Shown here piece by piece: positions 1 to 9,863 of a DNA stretch of 32,836 nucleotides; position 1 is the first letter of the stretch; every line of letters begins with the position of its first letter. A model generated the notes under the pieces. The model had not been told where the DNA came from. It did not search any database and saw only the letters and a program-made list of their open reading frames with translations. The translations under genes were made by a program, and so were the position numbers. This DNA comes from Octopus bimaculoides (Eukaryota). The stretch is taken from NCBI RefSeq assembly GCF_001194135.2, contig NC_068981.1, positions 16,367,206-16,400,041 on the forward strand, written 5' to 3'.

Positions 1-216
1 GAAGAGAGGAGGAAGAGGGGAGGAAGAGGGGAGGAAGAGGAGGGGGAGGAGGACGAGGAGGAGAAGAAAAAAGGAAGAAGAGGAGGTGGAGGAAAAGATG
101 ATGAAGAAGAAGAAATAGAAGAAGAAGAAGAAGAAGAAGAAGAAGAAGAAGAAGAAGAAGAAAAGAAGAAGAAAAAGAAGAAATAGAAGAAGAAGAATGA
201 GAAGATGATGATGATG

Positions 217-248
<32 letters not shown>

Positions 249-249
249 A
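1..249. repeat. Compound purine-rich microsatellite (GAG/GAA)n then (GAT)n(CAT)n
   Basis: Directly visible trinucleotide runs. Confidence 0.95.
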
Positions 250-390
250 ATGTTGAGGAAGAGAGATGGGGAAGGCCTGGATGCGAGGGCGATGTGGAGT
301 GCAGAAGGAGGAGGGCGTATATATTTCGACGTTGTTTTAGTCCCATCTAATGTTTCTGTAGCTTGAGGTTAATATAATCAGTGGCTTCAC

Positions 391-420
391 TGACCTCAAA
401 CTGACCTTTCATTGACCTTT
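391..420 (-). promoter_or_regulatory. Three nuclear-receptor half-sites (AGGTCA) in DR5-DR5 spacing
   Basis: TGACCT at 391-396, 402-407 and 413-418, each separated by exactly 5 nt. The last two read AAAGGTCA on the minus strand. Motif is directly seen; function is unproven. Confidence 0.3.
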
Positions 421-753
421 CCTGCTCGTTCTATTATTAGACTCAAACAGACAGTGTGATAGTAAACACTGCACATTTTACTACTCCGGCAGAACTAAGC
501 TTATTCACCTCTCCATTTTATATTTTCCTTTCTTTCTATGCCTTAGACGCCGGCAACAATTATGAACTGATGAACAAAAGGAAATGCTTCCTTGTATTCC
601 GCAACTTCTCTGCTACTGCTGCTGCTGCTGCTGTTATTGTTGTTGTTGGTGGTGGTCTCGTTTCTGATGGATTTCCGTCGTTCGACAATAAACATTCAGT
701 GGTTCGATCAACTGAATTATCTGCTCCTGAATTAGTCTGTGAGTGGCTGAGAA

Positions 754-1231
754 ATTCCGCAGACCCGTATGGCCTTAATGTAATTCGCAGGTACAATCAG
801 TGTGTCTCGCTCTGTGACAAGAGCTGTTCCAAATTCAACTGCTCTTGTCACACAGATACAATCCATCAGCCGGTTGCCATGTGCTGCTCTACATCCAGTT
901 AACTCGAGATATTAGAATAGTACATGAGCCGAATGTGCGATTCGAACCCGGACCTCATGGTTGCGAGGTGAATTTCATTCCGAAGACCCATATGGCTTTA
1001 ATGTAATTCGCAAGTACAATCAGTGTATCTCGCTGTGTGACAAGGGCTGTTGTAGTTTCAACTGCCCTTGTCACACAGATACAATCCATCAGCCGGGTGC
1101 CTACATCCAGTTTCACTCAAAACCAATGGGTTGACTCGAGATATGAGCATAGTACATAAGCTCAATATGCGATTCGAACCCGGACCTCATGGTTGAGAGG
1201 TAAATTTCATTGACCATACGGTTGTGTTGCG
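754..1231 (-). mobile_element. Tandem dimer of a tRNA-related SINE-like unit (copies ~754-976 and ~977-1231)
   Basis: Two ~225-bp direct repeats alignable end to end. Each has a minus-strand pol III B-box (GGTTCGAATC; plus GATTCGAACC at 939-948 and 1171-1180) and an internal hairpin. Confidence 0.65.
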
Positions 1232-1325
1232 CAAAGACGTTCGACCATAATCACGTTATAAAATGTGTGGCTTTCTCTCAAGTTTAGATAGAAATCTTAG
1301 AAATTGTGGCTCCAAATTTTGGCCA

Positions 1326-1532
1326 GCAACTTCAGGAGAGGGTGTAAGCCGATTACATCGACCCCAGCAATCAACTGGTGTCTATTTTATCTACACTGAA
1401 AAAAGACAAAAGAAATAAAAAGCAAGATGAAAGGCAAAGTCGGCTGCTGCTGAATTTGAACTCAGAACGTAATGCGTAACGAATTGATGTTAAGAAATGT
1501 GTCCCGAGTGCTAACGATTGTGCCAGCTCACC
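1326..1532 (-). mobile_element. Degenerate tRNA-derived SINE (same family as 21965-22199)
   Basis: Shares gattacatcgacccc, gatgaaaggcaaagtc, aatttgaactcagaacgta and gctaacgattgtgccagctcacc blocks with the better-preserved copies at 16889-17044 and 21965-22199. Confidence 0.8.
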
Positions 1533-1860
1533 AACTTGAGACTTTGTCTAATTTTGCACAAGATATATTTTGCTTCTTTGGGAATAATTTCAGCCTAAGC
1601 CCTCACCAGTTATTTCTTCAACTGAGGTCGGAATGTCTTGTTAATAGTAGCAGCAGAATCTGTTTAAATGTTGAAAAAATACTTTACTGTAATTGTTCCG
1701 AATGAGACGACTACCTTCCGAAGTCAGCACCGCCTTTAACCCTACTGCGGTCGATTACGAGCGAAATGCTGGAGTCAATTATATCAATTAACTCACCCCA
1801 CAAAAATTTATGATGTTCTTACGTCATGACGTTCTTACGTTAGAAACAATTGTTGTTTCA

Positions 1861-1886
1861 GAGAGGGAGAGAGAGAGAGAAAGGGA

Positions 1887-1933
<47 letters not shown>

Positions 1934-1944
1934 AGAGAGAGAGA
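1861..1944. repeat. (GA)n microsatellite
   Basis: Directly visible. Confidence 0.95.
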
Positions 1945-2297
1945 TAGGGAGGAGAAGAGAATGATTGAATGAGAAGTATGGCGGCAAAAAGATAAGGTGA
2001 AACAAAGAAATTCACTGCTGCGACATCAGTATGTTACTAATAATATCAGAAAATAATTTTGCATAAAACTACTGAATATATTCGAGATAAGGTTAATATA
2101 CCTAGCGTATCTAATAAATTTAAACATGATTAAGTTATGAATAATAATTTAATTATGATTAAATTAATTAGATATGTAACAGTTAACTTAGTTTTCGGTC
2201 ATTATTGGCCCAGGCCTTGCTTAACTTAATAACATCACTCTGGACAGATTTTAAGTCATATTGTGAGACACCATAATCCACTCGAGTAGTGATTATA

Positions 2298-2355
2298 GGC
2301 GTAGGAGTGGCTGTGTGGTAAGTAGCTTGCTTACCAACCACATGGNNNNNNNNNN

Positions 2356-2397
<42 letters not shown>

Positions 2398-2624
2398 TCG
2401 TGTGTGTCTGTGTCTGTCTGTGTCTGTCTGCGTTTGTCCCCCCACCCAACATCGATTGACAACCGGTGCTGGTGTGTTTACGTCCCTGTAACTTAGCGGT
2501 TCGGCAAAAGCGCCCGATAGAATAAGTACTAGGCTTACAAAGAATAAGTCCTGGGGTCGATCTGCTCGTCTAAAGACAGTTTTCCAGCATGGCCACAGTC
2601 AAATGACTGAAACAAGTAAAAGAG
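2298..2624 (+). mobile_element. tRNA-derived SINE with internal (TA)n(TG)n tract, interrupted by a gap
   Basis: Head ggcgtaggagtggctgtgtggtaagtagcttgcttaccaaccacatgg (A-box TGGCTGTGTGG). 3' body ends cagcatggccacagtcaaatgactgaaacaagtaaaagag, matching the copy at 3035-3454. Confidence 0.9.
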
Positions 2625-3034
2625 CAATTATAGCAGATACAGATGTATGCAACTCTCCCGTCTCTACGCCATTAGTACTGCCTAAAGGGAGGCAAGTAAC
2701 GACGAGCTGGCACTTGTGTCCTCGTTGGCATTACCATCACAACACAAACAATTCAAACACGTCCCGCAAGGAATCCCATCATTGCGGTGCTGTAACGTTT
2801 TCAATGCATCGCCTTGTATTCGTACTTTGTTTATCGACCATGAAATTATTGCAAGAAAGGCAAGATAATATTAATAGAATTACAAGTTAAAACGCAGAGG
2901 GCTAAAAGAAATACCGAAGGGTATTTTTACCTGACGATTAAACCACTCTGTTAGTTCCTTTCTTGTAGCTATGCACTTCCAGTTAACAAAAAAAAAAAGC
3001 CGTCTGATATTTGTTTTTCATAAACATCGGATAA

Positions 3035-3454
3035 GCGCGGTAGTGGCTGTGTGGTAAGAAGTTTGTTTCCCAACCACATGGTTCCAGGTTCAATCCCACT
3101 GCATGGCACTTTTGAGCAAGTGTCTTCTACTATAGCCTAGGACCGTCCAAAGCCTTTTGGGTGGATTTGGTAGAGGGAAACTGGAAGAAGCCTGTCGTAT
3201 TTATATATATGTATATATTTGTGTGTGTGTGTGTGTGTGTGTGTCTCCATGTTTGACACTCCTGCCATCACTTGACAACCGATGGTGGTGTGGTTTATGT
3301 CCCCGTAACTTAGCTGTTCGGTAAAAGAGACCGATAGAACAAATACCAGGCTTGCAAAGAATAAGCCCTTGCAGCGAATTTTTCGACTAACCCCCTTTAT
3401 GGCACTGCTCCAGCATGGCCGCAGTCAAATGACTGAAACAAGTAAAAAAAAAAA
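3035..3454 (+). mobile_element. Near full-length tRNA-derived SINE
   Basis: A-box TGGCTGTGTGG 3044-3054, B-box GGTTCAATCC 3087-3096, ttgagcaagtgtcttc segment resembling the start of the CORE domain, internal (TA)(TG) microsatellite, 3' end gcagtcaaatgactgaaacaagt plus A-run. Confidence 0.9.
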
Positions 3455-4422
3455 CGAAGAATATATACAGATATATATGTATATATATGTTCACACACAC
3501 ACACACACACACATACACACACACATGTACGCATGCATGTGTAGAAGACGCAGAATATAAAAGAAGAAACGGATACGAGGCCGCATAGATAATTAAAACA
3601 CTAAAGAGAAATATTTAGGTTCCGGAAAATTGAAACAACTGTAGCAATAATTACATCAGAGCAGAAAAGGAAATGGCAGATGATGAGGAAAATAGAGTTA
3701 AGCATCTTGCCTAAAGTCGCAGTGCAATCGTAATAGAATTCTTTTAATGGGTCCTGACCTTGTCACCTTTATGCCTGAAGATTTCGCGTTGTAACATTTA
3801 TTCCTGTTGATGAAAGTTAGCGAACATGTTGGGGTTAAAATAACCGTCTTGAATAATTTCGTTTAAGCAACCAGTAGGCTGACTGGCTGGTTTGGTAGAT
3901 GAGTTGTAACCATGGTAACATGGCTGATCTTTTATTTTTATTATTTTTTTGCTATTGCGTTACTTTATAGTTTCTCCTTTTTCTCTCATTTTCTTTCTCT
4001 GTTTCTCGCTTTCTTCCCCATACATATTCACCCATTATTGTCAGCTCCAATGTCCTCCTCCCCTCCTCCCCTCCTCCTTCTTTTCTCCTCCCATACATCA
4101 TTCACCCCCACCCATTGTCCCATTCTTTGTCCTCTACTTCACCATGCATAAATCTAGTTTGATTTTATTTCTAATTTTCTTCCCTTCTTCCACACACTCT
4201 TCAACGTTCCATCATAAATATGAGAAAAACATCAAACTTTCAGTCATATTTGATCTCCTTCAAGGATGCTTTATTTGTAATTAAAAATTTATGATCCGGT
4301 AAGCACTACCATACATTTTGTTATTGTTATTATTAACAACATTATGACTACATTTATTAATATTTTTTATTATTGCGATCATTGTTCTTATTACATTTCT
4401 TCTCCTTTTTCTTCTTCTAATC

Positions 4423-4444
4423 ATTATTATTATTATTATTATTA

Positions 4445-4488
<44 letters not shown>

Positions 4489-4513
4489 GTTGTTGTTGTT
4501 GTTGTTGTTGTTG
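4423..4513. repeat. (TAT)n(TGT)n microsatellite
   Basis: Directly visible. Confidence 0.95.
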
Positions 4514-5946
4514 ATGTTATAGCTGGTTGTTGGTTTTTGTTGTTGTTAACAAAAGCTGCGTTAACACATCATGGTTTCCCTCTTCAAAGTAGGAAGCAAG
4601 GTAACTTCAGAAAGAGAAAACAAAAATGAAAAGGTGTATGATTTGTTTATATTTTTGCCCTTGTAGGTGATATTGCTCTATTATTCTTTCGGCTTTTTTT
4701 TTCTCTTTAACGTTATTGCTATTGTTGTTATTTTAATTGGCTTCTAACCAACACTTTTAATGGACTATCTAAATTACTTTGATGATTTTCTGCCAAGATG
4801 AAGAAAAAGAAGAAAAAAAATGACTTAACTTAAAACTTGGACATCATCCTTGCACAATGAAACACATACACGTTCACACGTAGATTCATATGTACATAGA
4901 TATACACATACATCCACACTCACATACACATAAAAACTTATATATACATACATATAATAGTCGACTCATCTCCAACATCATATATCAAATGTCACCTCCA
5001 CCATCACAAATCCCACTAAAACACACCAGCACCACCACCGCATAAACAAGAACCTGAAACCCACTCACTACCAACACAGCGCGTGCAGAAAAAATGGTAA
5101 TTAATTTCTCTATTGTATTCCTGCTGACTATTCAATTTATTACAATTTAGTATTGTGTATGTATTTTTTAATGCTGTTTCAAACATCGTCTACAATAGTT
5201 AGGACGCAGATAAAGGTGTTCGCGATGATAGGATAGAAAAAAAAAAAGAAACAATATAATCTCTCCAATGAGACCCATTTCCTGATAAGCTATTTATTTT
5301 AATCATGAATGTGCAGTCTTTAAATAGAAAATAATGTACTGTCAATGTTTGTCTTATCGTGGATTGTTTTTTGCTGTTACAACATCACAATCCTTCATGT
5401 ATCAAATGTTGGCTACGAGAATGCATTTTATTTTCCTTTGAACCAAACAACCATACAGAACGAGCCAACGATGAGGCAACGAAAGAACTTCTCTAAGAAA
5501 ACACCTACACAGACTCTCGATCTGGCTTCCATATATCTTCCATATATCAGACTCTCGCTAGAACTGGCTACCATATATCTTTGAAATCGCCCCATCCTCC
5601 AGTGTCATTAAAACCGGATACGTTCGATAGTGAAAGGTCGTAAATATATAGCTTCTGTTCAGCAGTTTTGATCAAACTAAGGCTAAACTACAATATCAAG
5701 TACTTAAGGAGGGAGCATTTATGCTAGAAGCAGCAGTTGTTAAATTTACACATACACTACTATTGTAGAAAGAGCACTAGGTATTTTTATGCCTCGAAAA
5801 ATGAAGTGAGCGAGATTAACATGGTCCGATTGTCTTTTGATAATAGGTTGGCCTCATCAAGGCTAAGGCAAGGCTAAATCATAAGAACATCAAATGTTAC
5901 GCATTTAGAACTTTAGCTTATTTTATATCTACATAGGAAAAAACGA

Positions 5947-6822
5947 GGATCTTTATGGTTTGACGGGCAACATTTGTTTTCGTAGCGAAACACTTTCAAA
6001 CTTGGGATACTGGTAGAATGTGTCATATAAAACATCTTTTTCTCTTAGCCTTCTTAACAAAAGTTAGTTCTTAATAAGTTATTTCATGTTAAAGTTGTCG
6101 TATTTCTGTAATTTCAACCAATCACTGACGTCTATTCAGCTGAATACAGTTACTGCTCTTTTTATAAACAATAAATTTTTACCGGTGTCAAGAGTGTTAT
6201 TCCCTATTTAATTATTCCCTAGTAAGGGTTTAGGGTTTTAGGGTTAGTGTTCGGGTTTTAGAGTTAGGGTTAGGGTTTTAGGGTTAGGGTTGGGGTTAGG
6301 GTTAGGGTTCGGGTTTTAGGGTTAGGGTTTTAGGGTTAGGGTTGGGGTTAGGGTTAGGGTTAGGGTTATGGTTATGAGTTATAGGATTAGGGTTAAGGTT
6401 ATGGCAAAAATAATCATAACCCTAACCGTAATCCTAAAACTAACCCTAACTCTAAAACCCGAACCCTAACCCTAAAACCCTAAAGCTAAAACCAGTACAA
6501 ACGCACGAACGATGTCATAAATAAGAGTAACACGGGTAGTTGTTGTTGACAAACAACGGGACTAATTTTATTCAAGGGAAAAGATCCCGTAACACCGTTG
6601 TTTACATTCCACGCCATTAATTGTTTTCACCTCAATAGACGTCAGTGATTGGTTGAAATTACCGAAATACGACAACTTTTTACATGAAATAACTTCGAAT
6701 CCCAAATTTTTGTGTTCTATAATACAAAATATACAAGTATACAAAGTTTGAAAGTGTTTCAGTACCAAAAACATTACATAAAACATTAATGAAAAATGTT
6801 GCCCATCAAACCATAAGGATCC
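5947..6822. mobile_element. Non-autonomous fold-back DNA transposon (MITE), Merlin-like termini
   Basis: TIR 27/29 identical (5947-5975 GGATCTTTATGGTTTGACGGGCAACATTT vs reverse complement of 6794-6822). Exact 8-bp TSD AAAAACGA at 5939-5946 and 6823-6830. Further inverted blocks: 6078-6136 vs 6634-6693, and 6229-6273 vs 6440-6484. No transposase ORF. GG..CC ends with an 8-9 bp TSD fit Merlin; the superfamily call is inference. Confidence 0.85.
6223..6492. repeat. Interstitial telomere-like arrays head to head: (TTAGGG)n ~6223-6404, (CCCTAA)n ~6412-6492
   Basis: Canonical TTAGGG units mixed with TTTTAGGG, TTCGGG and TTGGGG variants, followed by the complementary-strand array. Lies at the centre of the MITE. 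Confidence 0.9.
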
Positions 6823-7729
6823 AAAAACGATAAAATTACGTGGTTATTATTGTTTTATTTTTTTGTTTATTTTTTGCTGCAATAACTTGTGTAGCTCGAG
6901 TTCAGCCCTCATTGAGTAGAATTATAATAAAAGGTTATACCAGCTATGACCATCCCAACAATAAATCAAACGCAATTCATTCAAAGGCTGTGGATTTGAG
7001 AGATTTTACGGCAATATCAGAGCTGGTCAACTAATCACGGTGTGATTTTTCTCGTTTTGCGTGACACCACAATGGTTGGAAATGAGAAAAAATATCTTAG
7101 TGTTGTGTGGAAAACAATTCCCTTTAACAAAGTAGTAGCAGACTGTCTTTTTAATGACAAGGAAATAATCGATTAATTAAGAAAAAAAAGAAGGAAAAAT
7201 CAGTTTCCCACTCAAAATCTAATAGTTGTCTTCGATTAGTACTCATTTTCTTTCAATAGACACACGTGTGTCTATAAAAGATATGTAGCTCTCAGACTAT
7301 TTTAAAGTCCTCCAAGTTGTGTATAAGTAGTATCAGTAGATAAAACTGTCATCAAATGATATAGTTCTTTCGTCTGTGCATCTCCACTTATGCTCATAGC
7401 ATTCAACCAGTTAAACCGATCTGGCAGCGCTTACATTCCGTTAGCTCTAAAGGTAGATAACGGAAAGGCACGAATGAAATTGCAAAACATTACTATAGCT
7501 GCTGTATTTAAGAAACCTGTTGTATAAGAATAATAAGCTTATAGATTCAGACACAGACACACACGACATGTACACATACACACGCGCACGTATATTTATA
7601 AATACAAACACGCGTACACGTACATTTACATATTAATACATATATATACAAAGACTCGCGAACAAATTGCAGGTGTTAATTATATACTTTGATTTCTGAG
7701 GGAAGGTATCAAACAATAAGGACTGGAGT

Positions 7730-7763
<34 letters not shown>

Positions 7764-7975
7764 NNNNNNNNNNNNNNNNNNNNNNNNNNNNNNNNNNNNN
7801 NNNNNNNNNNNNNNNNNNNNNNNNNNNNNNNNNNNNNNNNNNNNNNNNNNNNNNNNNNNNNNNNNNNNNNNNNNNNNNNNNNNNNNNNNNNNNNNNNNNN
7901 NNNNNNNNNNNNNNNNNNNNNNNNNNNNNNNNNNNNNNNNNNNNNNNNATATATATATATATGTATGTATGTATA

Positions 7976-9290
7976 TACAAAAATGGGACAAGAACGCAAA
8001 ACATCCAGACAGTTAGGTGATACAAAAAAAGGGACAACAAAATATCAGAAAGACGATACAAGGAAAAGAAGGACGGGTCACCCGGAGTTTTCTGACCTCA
8101 ATCGAGTTCCAGATTATCTTTGCAATTTTGGCTGGCTATACTCGAGACTGCTCCAATCTGGCCAGCCCCAAGGAAAAAATAAGCTAAGAGCATCAGATTC
8201 CCTGGAAGAAAGCAGCGAATGTATACGGAAACAGGGACGGGAGAAAAAACCCAGAAAACTGTTACACAAATACAAATGCAATTAACAGGACATAAGAACA
8301 GGTGTCTTTCGACTAAGGACGAATTAGATAAAGCTGGCGTGTGTGGAAGTAAAGCTTTAGGCTGGTGATGATGACGATGTCGATGCTGCTGGGGATGCCG
8401 CTGCTGTTGTTGTTAGTGATGCTGCCATCTATGGGGGTTATGGTGGCGATGGTTGCTGTGTTACTGGTTCTGTTCTCATGTCTACATCCGTTAAAGGCAT
8501 GTGTTGTGTTAGAACCTCGGCTTGATATACGACCCTTTTGGTTTCGCAGCAGCCTCCTACTGGGCTTCGGATCCTGTGTCCTAGGGGTGCTAACTTTGCT
8601 CTTAATGTTGGGAGTGCAGCTAAACGAGAACCTGTTGAATACAGGACCGTACCTATGGGAGCTAGTGAAACGCTTATCTATTAATTGAAAGAAAAATTTA
8701 CCTATGGGTGTTATTGTGTTAAAATAGTAGGGAGGAACCAGATCGTATTTCTGCGGCGCTTCCTTCTGCGGCTGTTGCGTTCCGGTATGTAGGAGATGCG
8801 GTCCTTGACCACGCTGGCAGCTAGGGCGTCGTTATAGTAGGGGCTGCTGCGTTAAAGGCTTCTTGACTGAAAGAAAGGCTCGAAATCCTCTTGCTGACGC
8901 TCGTGCCAGGCAGCATCCTGAACTCCAGGACGTAAATTTTGAGACCATGCTTGCAATTTAGAAAATTCCTGCTAGCTTTTTGGAACCAGTGGCCAAGGAC
9001 GAAGAGTAACAATCGTCTTACGTCGTGTTGTTTTGGTGACTACATGATGGCAAAGCGGCCGACGATCGATGGACAATGGCAACGAGAGATAACCACCTCG
9101 GTTTTTACCCTTACAAACAAGGCTTTTCCCCTCCATATATTAAAGCGGTCGCAGGCCAGTAGTACTTGGAGTCTGAAGATACGCCGTAAAGCTAAGCGCA
9201 TTATGAGCGAGAAACCCAGGGTAACCCCATAAACCGGCCTACGCCTCTATAATATTAACAGCTCTACATCTTAGAGTTTGCTTCTCCTCC
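7976..9290 (-). mobile_element. Decayed Penelope-like retroelement (RT C-terminal/linker remnant, no GIY-YIG seen)
   Basis: Minus-strand translation across two frameshifts (~8900-8590): SVSKRISSLSFSQEAFNAAAP / YNDALAASVVKDRISYIPERNSRRRKRRRNTIWF / PYYFNTITPIGKFFFQLIDKRFTSSHRYGPVFNRFSFSCTPNIKSKVS. This matches the PLE pattern RLS..S...F..A.P.Y..AL...R.R.IIWFNPP....IG..F..LIDKHF...IFNR..SYSC..N. Outer boundaries approximate. Confidence 0.8.
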
Positions 9291-9316
9291 AGGTTTATGT
9301 ATTTCTACAAACGATC

Positions 9317-9317
<1 letters not shown>

Positions 9318-9374
<57 letters not shown>
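9318..9374. repeat. (TA)n(TG)n microsatellite
   Basis: Directly visible. Confidence 0.95.
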
Positions 9375-9376
<2 letters not shown>

Positions 9377-9813
9377 ACCTTTCCATGTATATTTCTGTCT
9401 TTTTGATTTATTTACATGGAGACACACAGTATTCATAGCTGGATATTTTTATGTATACAAATACACATGTATCACTACGCAAATTTGTGGAAAAATACTT
9501 GGATACGTATATACATGCATAAATGCATAAAATAGATACACTTACATACGTATACCTATATAGTAATATCTAGTGCCTGTTTTGTGCAAACCTATATCCA
9601 TATGTATATTCAGAATTGCATGGATGCATAGGCAAATGGTCTATACACACATGCATGCACTCATACATCCCTTATACCCACATACACACCCACTTATTTA
9701 CTGATCGCAGGTATGTGTTGTGTGTGTCTGTGTCTGTGTCTGTGTATCTGCGTGTGTGCGTGTATGTATATGTATGTATATATATATTTATATATATACA
9801 TATATTCATATTC

Positions 9814-9863
<50 letters not shown>

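Noticed and set aside
204-233. (GAT)n(CAT)n perfect palindrome
   Set aside because: A trivial consequence of adjacent complementary microsatellites.
754-1231. CRISPR-like repeat-spacer array
   Set aside because: Only two long (~225 bp) units with SINE features in eukaryotic DNA; no short repeat-spacer periodicity and no cas genes.
5510-5580. Short imperfect direct repeat cagactctcg..ctggct.ccatatatct
   Set aside because: An ordinary local slippage duplication with no further structure.
6223-6492. Ancestral telomere-telomere chromosome fusion site
   Set aside because: The arrays are mirrored copies sharing the same variant units and sit inside an element with TIRs and an 8-bp TSD. A transposon origin explains them better than a fusion.
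7436-7465. Small hairpin TTCCGTTA..TAACGGAA
   Set aside because: A short stem at a level expected by chance in 33 kb.
8195-8325. Hammerhead-like remnants in the PLE 3' region (plus CTGGAAGAAAGCAGCGAATGT; minus CTAATTCGTCCTTAGTCGAAAGAC)
   Set aside because: The catalytic core (CUGAnGA or GAAA) is broken in both, too degenerate to call from one copy.
8365-8688. 107-aa hydrophobic plus-strand ORF (MMMTMSMLLG...)
   Set aside because: It is the antisense reading of the low-complexity tail of the Penelope-like frame.
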